From assembly GCA_013239625.1 (NCBI GenBank), contig MU054323.1:14512029-14576028 (forward strand): a stretch of 64,000 nucleotides of DNA. Reading direction: 5' to 3'. This document shows positions 41,486-54,183 of the stretch, piece after piece. Source of the stretch: Lama guanicoe (taxonomy: Eukaryota). Every line of letters starts with the position of its first letter. Positions within the stretch are counted from its first letter, which is position 1. The position numbers and the translations under genes are program-made. The notes beneath the pieces were generated by a model that did no database searches, was not told the DNA's origin, and worked only from the letters and a program-made list of their open reading frames with translations.

Positions 41486-42604
41486 ATCATTATATGTAAT
41501 TCATTAGACATCTCTTAAGTTAAAATGCAAACAAGAAGCATCTTGACAGTAAGGATTTCTTACTATTACAGTGTAGACACACAGACTTTTCCTACAGGCA
41601 AATGAATTTCCTTGGCATCTTTTGAAATACCTGTATTGTAGGTTAAAAAAAAGCGAAATAAATGGGTTCAAAATGCATTTACAAAATACAGAGTTGGGAA
41701 AGGAACCTTGTCCATTTCTTCTAATTCGTAAGAAATGAATGCTTAAGAGATCCAAGTGTATATAATGCAAAGTAACATGATTATGGATGTTTTCACATTT
41801 GATGTGTGACACACTCGGCATGACCAGTGAGCAGGACCAGTGAATTTACATTGACCCTGAAGATTGCTAAATGAACAGATCTTCTATGTTTCCATCCATT
41901 CTGGAAGCTTTTATTAAAGTTTGGAGTCAACACAGGACAAACTCTTTGCAATTCTACACCAAATTGTAGTAAAAAACATGTCAACTCTAATGTGCCAACA
42001 TTTAGACATTTGTAATCATTCTGGTAAATTGCTATTGGAACTGACAGGCTATTTTCATTTCCCCTACTGCCACATTACCGCGGAAGCTCGAGCAACCTCA
42101 CATTCACCACAGCACGGAAGCAGAAAGATTTGTTCCCACATGTTCAACTATCATTTTCTGATTTCTCAGTGAGAAATTAATAACTTTCCCTATAAATTTT
42201 GGGCCATATTAACTCTCAAGTGTCAAGCAATCGCATAGTTCTTTGGCAATATAAGTAGAGAGAAAACTTAGCAACTTGAATGTTACCTATATTCAGTTTA
42301 GGATCTTTTGCCCTCTTGACTTGTAGCTTGGTAGGATTCTACTAAAAAAGGCCAATACTAAAGCTTCTTTGGAATATATTTGGTTCAAGTTATTAATAAG
42401 GTTTAGAAATAATATTAACCTTTAGTGATATTTACCAATGTGGTTAGAAATTTCTTTTCCTTAGAGTGCAATGAAACCTCACACAAAGGGAAGATAGAGC
42501 ATGGTATCTGTAAGGTTAAAAAGAGGGAAATTACTCATTATCTAACATTTTTATAGTTATTAATAATACATTCCTGTTCTGAAGAATACCACTTATGATG
42601 AATA

Positions 42605-42745
42605 TTTTTAACACCTTTATTGTGGTATGGTTCCTATACAGTAAACTACACATATTTCAGATGTACAGTTTTATGAATTTTGATAGATGTATACACCCAT
42701 GAAACCACCACAATCAAGACAGGTAACGTTTCTATTACTCCCCAA
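42605..42745 (-). mobile_element. Old L1 (L1MB/ME-like) extreme 3' end
   Basis: ctttattgtggtat...tgtacagttttatgaattttga...cacccatgaaaccaccacaatcaagac. Confidence 0.55.
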
Positions 42746-42749
42746 GAGG

Positions 42750-44077
42750 TGCAATTTTTGAATTCCCAATTTATCCCTTCCCACCCCCTTTAACCTCTGG
42801 TAATCATAAATTTGTTCTCTCTGTGAGTCTATTTCTGTTTTGTAGATAAGTTCATTTGTGTCCTTTTTTTTTTTTTTAAGATTCCACATATAACTTATTT
42901 CATTTGGCATTTTTCTTTCTCTTTCTGGCTTACTTCACTTAGAATGATGATCTCCAGGTCTATCCATGTTGCTGCAAATGGCATTATTTTATTCTTTCCG
43001 TGGCTGAGTAGTATTCCATTGTATTAATATACCACCTCTTTATCCAGTCATCTCTTGATGGACATTTTGGTTGTTTCCATGTCTTGGCTCTTGTAACTAG
43101 AGCTGCTGTAAACATTGGGGTGCATGTGTCTTTTTGAATTATATTTTTCTCTGAATATATGCCCAGGAGTGGGATTGCTGGATTATATGGTAGTCTATTT
43201 TTAGTTTTTTGAGGAACCTGTATACGTCCTCCATGGGCTGCACCAATTTACATTACCACCAACAGTGTAAAAGGGTTCCTTTTTCTCCACACCCTCTCCA
43301 GAATTTATTGTTTTTAGACTCTTTAATGATGGCCGTTGTGACCGGTGTGGAGTGGTATCTCATAGTTTTGATTTGTGTTTCTCTGATAATTAGCGATATT
43401 GAGCATTTTTTTCATGTGCCTTTTGGCCATTTGTATGTCTTCATTGGAGAATTGCTTGTTTAGGTCTTCTTCCCATTTTAACTCATATGATCCATCTCTC
43501 ATCTTGGAGAAATGTCTATTTTGGTCTTCTGCCAATTTTTTGATTGGGTTCCTTGGTTTTTTGATATCAAGGTTTTTGAGCTGTTTGTATATTTTGGAAA
43601 TTAGTCCCTTGTCGGTTGCATCATTTGCAAATATTTTCTCCCATTCTGGAGGTTGTGTTTACATTTTGTTGATAGTATCCTTAGCTGTGCAAAGGCTTTT
43701 AAGTTTAATTAGATCTCATTTGTTTATTTTTGCTTTTATTTCCATTACTCTAGGAGCTGGTTCAATAAATATATTACTGTGATTTATGTCCAAGAGTGTT
43801 CTGCCTATGTTTTCCTGTAGGAGTTTTATAGCATCTGGTCTTATATTTAAGTCTTTGATCCATTTTGAGTTTATTTTTCTATGTGATGTTAGAGAATGGT
43901 CTAATTTCAGTCTTTTACAGGTAGCTGTCCAGTTTCCCCAGCACCACTTACTCAAGAGACTGTCTTTTCTCCATTGTATAGTCTTGCCTCCTTTGTCATA
44001 GATTAATTGACTATAAGTGTGTGGGTTTATTTCTGGAATTTTCACCCTGTTCCATTGATCTGTGGTCTGTTTTTGAT
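42750..44077 (-). mobile_element. 5'-truncated L1 (ORF2 C-terminal part plus 3'UTR)
   Basis: ORF 43716-44102 DQWNR..PEINPHTYSQLIYDKGGK..WCW..W.ATCK matches L1 ORF2p. Confidence 0.88.
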
Positions 44078-46379
44078 GCATATTAAGGACAGAAATGTTC
44101 AAGAACTCAACTAGAGTTCAAGCAGCTCAACTAGAGAGTCACAAATTTTTAACAGCAGAGGGCAGTATTCTCTAGCAATAGTATGTAGGGCAAAAAAAAA
44201 AAAAAACCTGTAGTTTCTTCTCTGATTTTTTTCTTTTTCTCTTTTTGCTCTCTCTGAAATCATATACATGCATATATTATGGATTTTAAGCATATAGATT
44301 ACCTGCGGCATTAATCTTTTTGTTCGAAATATTATTATTACTACTATTTTAACTGAACTCTTCCACAGTAAGCCATAAGGAGCAAGATGAACAGATCTGT
44401 TATCAAAACATCATAAGTGTAGTACACTGTATAATGCAGGGTCAATGGATGGAAGACAGAATACGCATCAACTAGAAGAAAAACACTAATAAGGACATGG
44501 TAGCACCAGTATGTTCTGTATTCTGTTATAGTTATACTTAATTTAAATTGGTATAAAAACTGATTATACTAGAACTAGAGGATGACTGACAACCTGATAA
44601 ACTTAAAAACAAATGAACTGAGTAATTGCCTGCTACTAATAGCAAGCATCTGTCTTTAGTATAACTTGACTCCAGGTTTTAAAAGTCAAAATGATGGATG
44701 CATCAAAAGCAAAAGTAATACAGTCAGGAGAATGCTGGGGAATTCAGGTTGAAACTACTATTGATGCATAGGAGGAAGATTTCAGCACATAACCTGAGCT
44801 GAACTCAAGTTCTTTTTTGCAGAGTTTTCAGCAAATAATAGCGAATTTGCTGCAGTGCAGCTTCACTTACTAGAACGTGTGGAAGCTACTACTTTCATTG
44901 CCTTTAGTAGAATTTTATCTGAAGTCTTAAAAAATGTAAGAACACTCACTTCCTGATCATTAATGGGCTAATAGCTTTGATAGACTTTTAAGTATCAAAA
45001 TAGTTTAATTTTTATTTATTCAAAATTCTCAAACATGTTTAAATTTCGTATTAGGAAATGGAAGAATTGATTTTCATTTGTAACTAATAAATCGTAATGA
45101 GAGAAAGCCTAATTTGAAATGAGGCATGAGAAGAATTGAGAGCACATGGCCTTTTAAAGCTGCAGAGGATCTCAGGATTAAGGGTCAGTCGTATTTCTGC
45201 CAGACACATTCATGAATTGCCTCTTGGTATTTCTCAGTGTAGCTCAGCCCAGCATTGAAAGTAGTAGAAACCCATAGCAAATAGCTTTAGCAATTTCTGA
45301 CTTCTGTGCATCCCTGAAGCTAGCCTCCCATCCCAGAAAAAGGCATTTTCTCAGACACTCCATAGGTTGGTTAATGGAGTCTCTGAGGATAAAGGGAGAA
45401 AGCTTTCAGGATCAAGTAGTAGGGAAGAAAGACCTCATATCCTGCGCTTCCCTAGAGGGGCATTCAGATCCCCTCTCAATCCAAAGGGAGGACCAGACTC
45501 CCTGCACGTTAGTGATTCTAACAGTTACAGGCATTTTTTGTGTGTAAAATAAGGAAGTACAGAATCATAAGTAGCCAAATTATGCTCTTTTTATTTATTA
45601 CCTTTTATAGAAGCAAAATCTATTTTAGCTATACACTAATTATGTAAAACTATAATTGCATACTTTCTGTAATGTAGTAGATATACAAAAAGAAATGATA
45701 ATGTTCTATATAGTATGATTACATCATATATTTAAATGTATAAAATATGTTATCCTTTACTATGTATTATTTGTTAGCCTGTTTGGTTCTCATCTTTACA
45801 ATACGTCAGCATTCTAAGGTAACAAAGAAGACAGAGCCTGCTCTGGCCACTGCGTCTTAGAGAATTTTACTGATCTTGTATTGTTCCAACTATTATGGGA
45901 GCAGAGGCAGCAATTTCTGAAGCCTAGTTCCGAAAGGATTAAACCTGACCAAGGTTTATTTAAGTCAGAATCTCCATATTCTGTTGCAACTATATAACAG
46001 CATCTTCTTCTCTAGGGTCACCGTACCTCCCACCACCCAAACAGAAACTAATGGGGCTATTACTATGTAAAGGAATAAAAGGAGGCATGCTTGCCCTGCC
46101 ATCTTGACTTCCTAAACTGGAAAAGAATTTCCTTGGTTAAGGTATCATATAGCAATTGATTGTTTTTATGGGCTCTGGCAGACTCTATATACAAAATAAC
46201 CAGAAAGGGCCCTAATATATTCAGTTATTCTTGCTTTCAGCAGCAGGGGTGAGATTTGAGCTTTTTTGTATGTCCTGGATCTGGGAGCAGATGAATATGA
46301 ATATTAAATTTAAAATGTGGGAAAAGATTAAGGGAAATTTATTTTTATGACAAGAGAACGTAATTTGTCTGACTCAGAA

Positions 46380-46681
46380 TATTTATCACTATTATCCTAT
46401 ATCTGTCCCACTACTGTATTTTGGGAACAAAACATTTGTTTCTTGAGGTTCACATGTCCACAAATTATGCCCCAGAATGGATCATACCCAAAGTCTCACT
46501 CATACCTGATATACTTGATTTAGATGATAAGATATCTATGGGGCTGTTAAACTGATGAAATTTAGATGAGTGGACTCAACTTTAGTTACTGTAATGAATT
46601 AAAGTTTTGGAGATGTTGGGATGAAATGAATGTATTTTGCATGATTGATGAATGTGAATCTTTGCGATCCAAAGAGCAGAT
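46380..46681 (+). mobile_element. MaLR (MLT1) internal region 3' end
   Basis: cctatatctgtcccactactgtattttggg...gaatgtattttgcatg directly abutting the LTR. Confidence 0.6.
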
Positions 46682-47161
46682 TACGGTAGGCAGGATAATG
46701 GCTCCAAATAATGTCCATGCCTAATTCTCAGCAGCTAGGAATGCATTACTTACTTGACAAAAGAGATTTTGCAGATGTGATTAAAGGAACAACTTTGACT
46801 TGGGGAGATTATCCTGGATGATTTGGGTGGGCTCAATGGGTCCTTAAAATCAAAGGATTTTCTTGGCTGGAGTCAAGGAAGAATGGCCCGAGAGGTACTA
46901 TGTTGTGGGCTTTGAAGAGATAGGAAGGAGGCTCTAAGCCAAGGAAGGTGGACTGGACAGCCTCTTGAAATTGGAAAAACAATGAAGCAGATTATTCCCT
47001 AGAGCTTCCAAACAGGAATGCAGTCCCACTGACACCTGGTTTTAATTCAATGAGAACCATGCCAGTTTTCTAATCTACAGAACTTTCAGAGAATAAATTG
47101 TGCTCTTTTAAGCCACTAAGTTTGTGGTAATTTGTTACAGCAGCAGTTGATAACAACTACA
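46682..47161 (+). mobile_element. MLT1D-like LTR
   Basis: ggtaggcaggataatggc...tttgcagatgtgattaa...ggggagattatcctggat...taagccactaagtttgtggtaatttgttacagcagca...aca. Confidence 0.8.
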
Positions 47162-48479
47162 AATACTATTGACTAGTTGTATATATTACATGTATAATAT
47201 ATGCAGAGTTGTCATGTACAATCATTTTTTCAGTCATTGACATTCCCTGACTTATCCCAAAATAGTTTGATTTTATTTTTTCCTACTCCCTTCAGCAAAA
47301 TATGGTTTTACCCTTCCCTGCATTCCATCCACTTTATTTATAATAAATTTTCAAGAGGCCTTCACTTCCTTATTTAATTGTACAGAGTTAAATGGCACAG
47401 TTGAAGCTTATTCATCTTTATGTCTCCTTTAGCTTCTGGTATATATTGTTCACTCAAATACTTGACAAAAACATAATTTAGAATCTATATAATCTATATG
47501 ATCTATCCTTTAAACTACTAAAATTTTTAATAAATTAAACTCTGTTACTTGGCACCCATTCATTCTCTATAGTATGCTTATAATTAGCTTTTGAACCATG
47601 CTCTAAGAGGGAAAACTACTTAAAATTTGACTCCCATGTGTTAGTGTTGTCATTGCTGGCTATTATTATTGGTGCCTTTTTTTTTTTAGAATGAGAAAAT
47701 ATTATTAGTTCTAAGCTTACTCTGCTTTGATTTTATATATTTGCTTGTAAGAATAAAAGCATTAAATCTACTAGAAAAATATACGTGAGCTTTGTAAAAC
47801 ATTCAACAATATAAAAAACAAAAATAATGCAATTAAAAATCATCTCTATACCCATGATGAAGAAATATCCATCATTACAATTTAGTGAATATCATTTCAG
47901 ATATCCTAAAACAGAGATAAATCAAAGAAAAATAGACAAAATAATTTTATAATGGATCATATTACATACTTATTTATACATGTATGTATTAAAATGATAA
48001 ATCTTATACATTTATATGATTAAATTATACTTGCATGAGTATATACTAAATATTATATTAAAAACTGCATACAATTGAGAGAATTATTGAATCTTTTGGC
48101 TTTGCTTTTGGTTCTTTAATAATTTTACCTTTACTGAACTTGCACAGTTTGTGACCATAGGTGAGTAGTAAATGAAGGCTGTCTGAATCATTTTTATATG
48201 TAAACCACAAGACTTGGTCGCTGATTAGATGTATGAGTTATAAAAGGAGCAGAGATCTGGTATGAGTCTAAGCTTTCTAACTCATGTTACTAGATTACTG
48301 CTGATCACATTTACTGAAATAGGCAATGAGAAATAGAAACAATAATTTTGGCAAGGATAAATAATGTTATAAAATGTATTTCAAACTCCTCTAACTAAAA
48401 CATTATTAATATGAAAAATGCACCTAATCCTTGTAGTTTTTTTTATCACCACCCTTTTAGAACCTTGCATTTGTTTCTG

Positions 48480-48690
48480 TGTAGCAATGTGGTTCAGCCA
48501 CCAAGAATATAGACTCTGGAGTCAGGATGCCTGGATTCAAATCCCAGCTCCATTGTTTCCTAGCTGTGTGCTCTTGGACATGTTACAACACTTCTCTGTG
48601 ACTCTTATTTCCTCATTTGTAAAATGGGAATAATAAGAGATATCTAAGAGAATGGTTGTGAAGATTAAGTTGATATTTCTAAGTGCTTAA
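48480..48690 (+). mobile_element. MIR SINE
   Basis: gactctggagtcag...cctggattcaaatcccagctcc...tttcctcatttgtaaaatgggaataata. Confidence 0.75.
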
Positions 48691-49239
48691 AAAAATAATT
48701 TTACCTTTTCTGAATCTACAGGAATTTGAAGTTTCCCAAGGATGCCTCTCTGAGCATTTTTAGACTTCCTTGCTCATCTTGCTGTATTCATTTGCTGTCA
48801 AGTCAAAGTGTATAAAACAACTTTTTAGCGTTAATCTACTCTTCATCTCCTCTCACTTTAGTTATCAGAAATTTTGCTTATGGACACAGAACAAGTCAAC
48901 AATGCTGGGATGAGTATGCTTGGAGGTTTTTTTGCTACTGGGAAAGCCTATTGCTGTTACCTCTGGCTGCTGGTTAACTCTCAAAGATTGAAACAGTAAA
49001 GAAGGATAAATGACATCCCATGGACACTGAGGCCACTAGACATAAGAACCATGATGATTCAGAACAAACTCTCTGAAGCTTTTGGCTTCAGGTGATCAAC
49101 TCTCTCTTGCTGATTTGCAGCAGCCAGCAAGGCTGAAAAATATGTACCTTCCTCACTCAGTCAAGTGCTTGAGTGAAAAATATCCCTTAAAGTTTCAAGA
49201 GAGTAGACCTCCTTTCTGAAAAGAATATAATCCCATGTT

Positions 49240-49540
49240 CTTCCATTCCCTCATTTATTCATCCCCCAAATATTGAGCACCCAAAATATGTCTGGTATTA
49301 TTGTAGACACTTGTCATATAGGAGGACAACAAACAAGCAAGGTGCAAAAACACTTGCTTTCATGGACCTTACAATCCAATGGGAGATAAAAATCAGCAAG
49401 ATGAATTAGTTATTGTCTGTATGAGATAGTAAGAAATAATGAAAGCTCAATGAAAGAAGGAATGAAAGTGAAACAGAAAAGAAGATAGATAGCTTAGAGA
49501 ATCTGTATTGTTTTTAATAGGGTGGCTAGAAATTTAATGA
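49240..49540 (-). mobile_element. L2 3' end relic
   Basis: tcatttattcat...aaatattgagcacc...tgctttcatggaccttaca. Confidence 0.55.
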
Positions 49541-49739
49541 TTCAGTAGAACCCTGTTTGTACTCATCTAATAAATTAATCCTAACACTAGCTCAACCATT
49601 AAATGGCTTGTCTCTGGAGAAAATTCTCCAGTATTTTCCTAGGGTTTTTGAGTAAATTCAAAACCAGACCATGTTTGTTTCTTTCCTGGGATGAAATTTC
49701 CCAGATAAACCTAACAAAGTATCTTCCCTCCACTTTATC

Positions 49740-49920
49740 TGAATATATAGTTATATATTATATATAATATACATCTAATACATACTATATAGAGAGAGGG
49801 AGTATATAAGGTGTATAGTTAACATATAGTGTATTATATTAATATAGTGTATATATACACACATATATGCATGTATGTGTGTGTGTGTCTGTATGTGTGT
49901 ATATATAGTAGAGAGAGAAT
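49740..49920. repeat. TA/TG low-complexity repeat
   Basis: Degenerate (TA)n, (TG)n and (GA)n. Confidence 0.75.
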
Positions 49921-49994
49921 GAATGCCCTTACCTTTGTGCTTTGATGTCATCAATTCAATCAATTCAGGCCATCAGATCACAAAATGCTACTAG

Positions 49995-50200
49995 GAAGCA
50001 GTCAGGAAAACCTGGATTTGGATGACTTTTCTATGCTAGCTGCAACAGACTGAGTTACTTAACCTCAATGGGTTTTAGATCCTTCATTTTTAAAATGGGT
50101 AAAACATCACTGACTTCATACAATTTTGATGGGATTAAATAAAATATCATGTAAAAGCATTTGACCCACAGGAGGTAGATCATAATGTTTACTGAATCTG
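49995..50200 (+). mobile_element. MIR relic
   Basis: agtcaggaaaacctggattt...agttacttaacctc...catttttaaaatggg. Confidence 0.5.
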
Positions 50201-50317
50201 AAACTATAGTTAGCAAACACTTTTTAGACTGCTGAGCATCAACAGGAGCCTTACTCTTAGATGATACTTTCAGGTGTCCTTAGGTAAAGATGTGAATATA
50301 AAACTTGAGATGTATTT

Positions 50318-50370
50318 TTTCTTTTCTTTTTATTGTAGTATAGTCAGTTTACAATGTTGTGTCAATTTCT
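50318..50370 (-). mobile_element. Extremely truncated (about 53 bp) L1 3' tail
   Basis: tttttattgtagtatagtcagtttacaatgttgtgtcaatttct flanked by TSD agatgtattt (50308-50317 / 50373-50382). Confidence 0.8.
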
Positions 50371-52320
50371 TTAGATGTATTTAATAAAAAGAGCTTAAGA
50401 ATATAACTTATTAGGTCATCTTTATTGGTGAATTCTTTCATTTACCCAAACAAGTTAAGAAGACTTTTTAAAAGGTGATTTGGCTGCTGATCTCTGATCA
50501 AATTTTTTTTTTATGTAATAACTCAGATTGTCAACATTTACTGAACACTGGAGTTACTGTACAAGAAATATGAAGGCAAGAGTAGACTCATCCATTACCC
50601 TGGAGAAATTTACAACTGAATCTAGGGGAAAAACAACATAAGAAAAAATTAAAAACACTAATATAAGGTGAATAAAATAAAGCCAACTAAGACATACTGG
50701 GTTTCAGAGACAAACGTAAACTCTATTAGACATCCTGTTGAAACCAGTCATATGTATGAAATATCTTATTGCATGACCTATGTACCAGTCATAATTTTAC
50801 AGCAGCTAAAATTTCCAGATCTCTATTTTCATGTAATGAGCAATACAGTTTAAGAAATAGCAGAATTTTCTTCATGTTTAGTCTAGACAGTGATTTTGCT
50901 TGGTTAACCTGCTTTGTTCAGTGCATTTCATCATGCTTTCCAGTTGGGAGTTGAGTTTTAATTTTCTTTGTACTTTGCTGCGATACTGTAATTTCTGTCT
51001 GTGTCAAGTACTCACAGCAGGGTTATGCTGGTGTTGCCTTATGATGGGCTGAGGAATTTCCAAAAATGCCAAGCTAAGGGGCAGGATGTCAGGGGAGAAT
51101 CCATGGGAAGGGGAGAACCTATGGAAAAAAATTATAAGTACATTCTGGAGTAGAAATAAACACTGGTCCCCTGTGGACCTATAACCCTCATGGAATTTAG
51201 TGTTTTACCTTAGAGACACTAGCACCCATCAAACTTAAAGCACATTTAACTGGAAATAGAAAACTAGAGTGTTAAATTGAATTTGAAGTAATGGCACATT
51301 AATCAGTTTGGGTAAACAAGAAGCTTACCTTATGTCACTTTGGATGAGATAGTAAATTATACATATATTTAGTTTCATTTTCCAAATGTTCATTGCTGTC
51401 ACATAGAAATGCAATTGATTTTTATACTGACTTTGTATCCTGTAACATTGTTAAGTTCACTTATTCTAGTAAGTTTTTATATAAACATTTCTTAGAATCA
51501 ACTACACACACATATATATTACAAGTAAAATAACTATTCCTTTCATGACCTGTATGCATTTTATTTTCTTTTTCCTGCCTATTACACTGGCTAGGAAGTC
51601 AAATATTAAAGTGATATGAGTAAATATCCTTGCCTTTTTCTTAATCTCATGAACAAAGACTTCATTAATTCACTATTGAGTAATATGTTAGCTATAGATA
51701 TTATTAGATTGCCCTTATGAAACTGATTCAGTGTTCTTCTATCCTAGTTTGCTGGGAACTTTTATCATGCATGGGTGCTGAAATTTGTTGACTAGTTGTT
51801 CTGCATTCATTGATAAAGCCATATGGTCCTAGTTTGTATTTCCTTTATGACTAATGATGTTGAGTACATTTTATGTGCTTATTGGCTATTTGCATATTTT
51901 CTTTTTGAAGTGTCCATTTAAGTTGTTCGCCCATTTTCCTGAGTCGTTTGATTTGATATTACTGAGTTTTAAATGCTCTTTATATATTCTAGACATGATG
52001 CTTTTATAAGATGCATATTTTAAAAATAATTTCTCCCAATTGTGACATCATTTTACTAAATGTGTGCTTTGATAAGAATTTGTTTTTAATTTTGGTGAAG
52101 TTTATCTATGATTTTAATAGTTTGTGCTTTTGTGTCCTTTTTAAGAAATCTTTTCTTATCCTAATTACAAAAATATTTCTTCCATATTTTCATATACAAT
52201 TCAGTAGTATTAGTTACTATCTGTAGACATATGATTCTTATTGGTTTCAGGTAAGAGTTGAGGCTTATTCTCCCATTCTCCTTTTCTTTCCCCAGGATAT
52301 TTATTTGTCCCACTATCATA

Positions 52321-54183
52321 TTTTTTTAAGTTTAAGTATAGTTGATTTATAATATTATATGAGTTTCATGTGTACAGCTTTGCTATTCAGTATTTTTACA
52401 GATTATATACTCCATTAAAAGTTATTACAAGGTAATGGTCCCTATAATATATAATATATCCTTGTTGCTTATCTAGTTTATATATAGTAGTTTGTATCTC
52501 TTAATCCTATACCCCTAATTTGCCCCATCCCACTTCCTTCTTCCCCTTTGGTTACTGGTTTTCTGTATCTGTGTGTCTGTTTTTGTTTCCTGTGTACATC
52601 CATTTGCATTATTTTTTTAGATTTCATATATAAATGGTAACACAGGGTATTTGTCATACTAAGTTACTTCACTAAGCATAATATTCTCTAGGTCTATCCA
52701 TGTGGCTGCAAATGGCATAATTTCATTCTCTTTTTATGGCTGAGTAATCCACTGAGTAATCCATAGTGTGGTTAGGAACATTGGGGAGCATGTATCTTTT
52801 TGAATTAGTGTTTTCGTTTTTTCCAGATACGTACCCAGAAGTGAGATTGCTGGATCATATGGTAGTTCTATTTTCAGGTTTTAGAGGAACCTCCATACTG
52901 TTTTCCGCAGCGGCTACACCAGTTTACATTCCCAACTAACAGTGTACAAGGGTTTTCTTTCCTCCACATCTTCTCCAACATTTGTTATTTGTAGATTTTT
53001 TTGATCAGAGTCATTCTGACAGGTGTGAGGTGATATCTCATATTTGTTTTGATTTACAGTTCTTTGATACAGCGATGTTCAGCATATTTTCATGTGCTTG
53101 TTAGCCATCGGTATGTTTTCTTTGGAAAAATGTCTATTCAGGTCTTCTGCCCATTTTTTGATTGGGTTGTTTTTTGGTTTTTTTTTTTTTATATTGAGTT
53201 GTAGGAGCCTTTGGTGGGAGGGCTGGAGATGTGGATACAAATCATGTCTTTCCTCGGGGTGTATTGGCAACTCTCATCTTGGGAGGAAATGGAACTGTAG
53301 ATGGAGGGGCTAGAGCTAGTTCTGGTTGTGAGGCCTGACTACCTCTCTGCTCAGTGATCATCAGCACTGAGGCAGAAGTGGGGTCTGACCCTATGTTGCT
53401 GGAGCTGAAACCCTGAGGGTTCAGGTAGAGCTGACTCCATTCCTTTTAAGTGTGTGTTTGCCCCAGTGGGAGGGAGTGCTGAAATAAGTGGGGCCTGTGC
53501 ACTGACAGCGGTCATATGCTGCTGCCTGTGTAGGTGTCTCTGGCTTTGCTCAGACTCAGCCTGGGGTGCGTCCCCTTTTTCTCTCACAGCCCATAATTGC
53601 TCCTGCTTCTGCCACCCCAACCTATTGTGGAACCACCCTGCATGGCTGGCAGGGCCCCATGAACTCTCTGTGTGTATTGGGAGGTTAGCTGTGGTGGAAT
53701 GGCTGCAGTCACAGATCTGGAAGGCTTCTGAGTCACTGCTTGAGTAGTGACAACAATGGCTGCAGCCACCCAACCCAGGCTTCACGCTGGGACCATGTAG
53801 CCTCTGTGTCCATAGCCCTTCTACTTGTCCCAGCTCTCCTCCAGTCAGCCAAGGGGATTTGTCTCTTTCATGCAGGACCCCAGGGCTAGACACCCCGATC
53901 TGTGGCTGGACCTGTTCACTCCCCAAGGTGAGTGTCTGCTCATGTAATTTCCCTTTCCCTCTGAGTCTTCTCCCAGGGGTACAGGTTCCAATCTGATTGC
54001 TTTTCTCTCCTTCCTAGCCAATTACAAGTGTATCTTCTTTACAGCCTTGGTTGTACAGCAGTCTCTCTGCCAGCTTCCAGTTAGTTTTTAGTCAGAATTG
54101 TTCCACAGGTAGATGCGTTTTGATGTGTTCATGGGGGGAGGTGAGCTCTACATCTTCTTACTCTGCCATCTTGATCGCCCCCT
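52321..54183 (-). mobile_element. Older L1 with 5'UTR joined directly to the ORF2 C-terminus/3'UTR (internal deletion)
   Basis: 5' end gatcaagatggcagag (minus) at about 54160-54180; junction to [24 protein letters not shown] at about 53207; 3' tail at 52321. Confidence 0.8.

Noticed and set aside
44097..44135. Short tandem duplication gttcaag(a/ca)..ctcaactaga
   Set aside because: Ordinary roughly 20-bp slippage duplication, two copies only, not an array
53351..53926. 191-aa minus-strand ORF
   Set aside because: Lies within an old L1 5'UTR with GC-rich composition; no domain recognised
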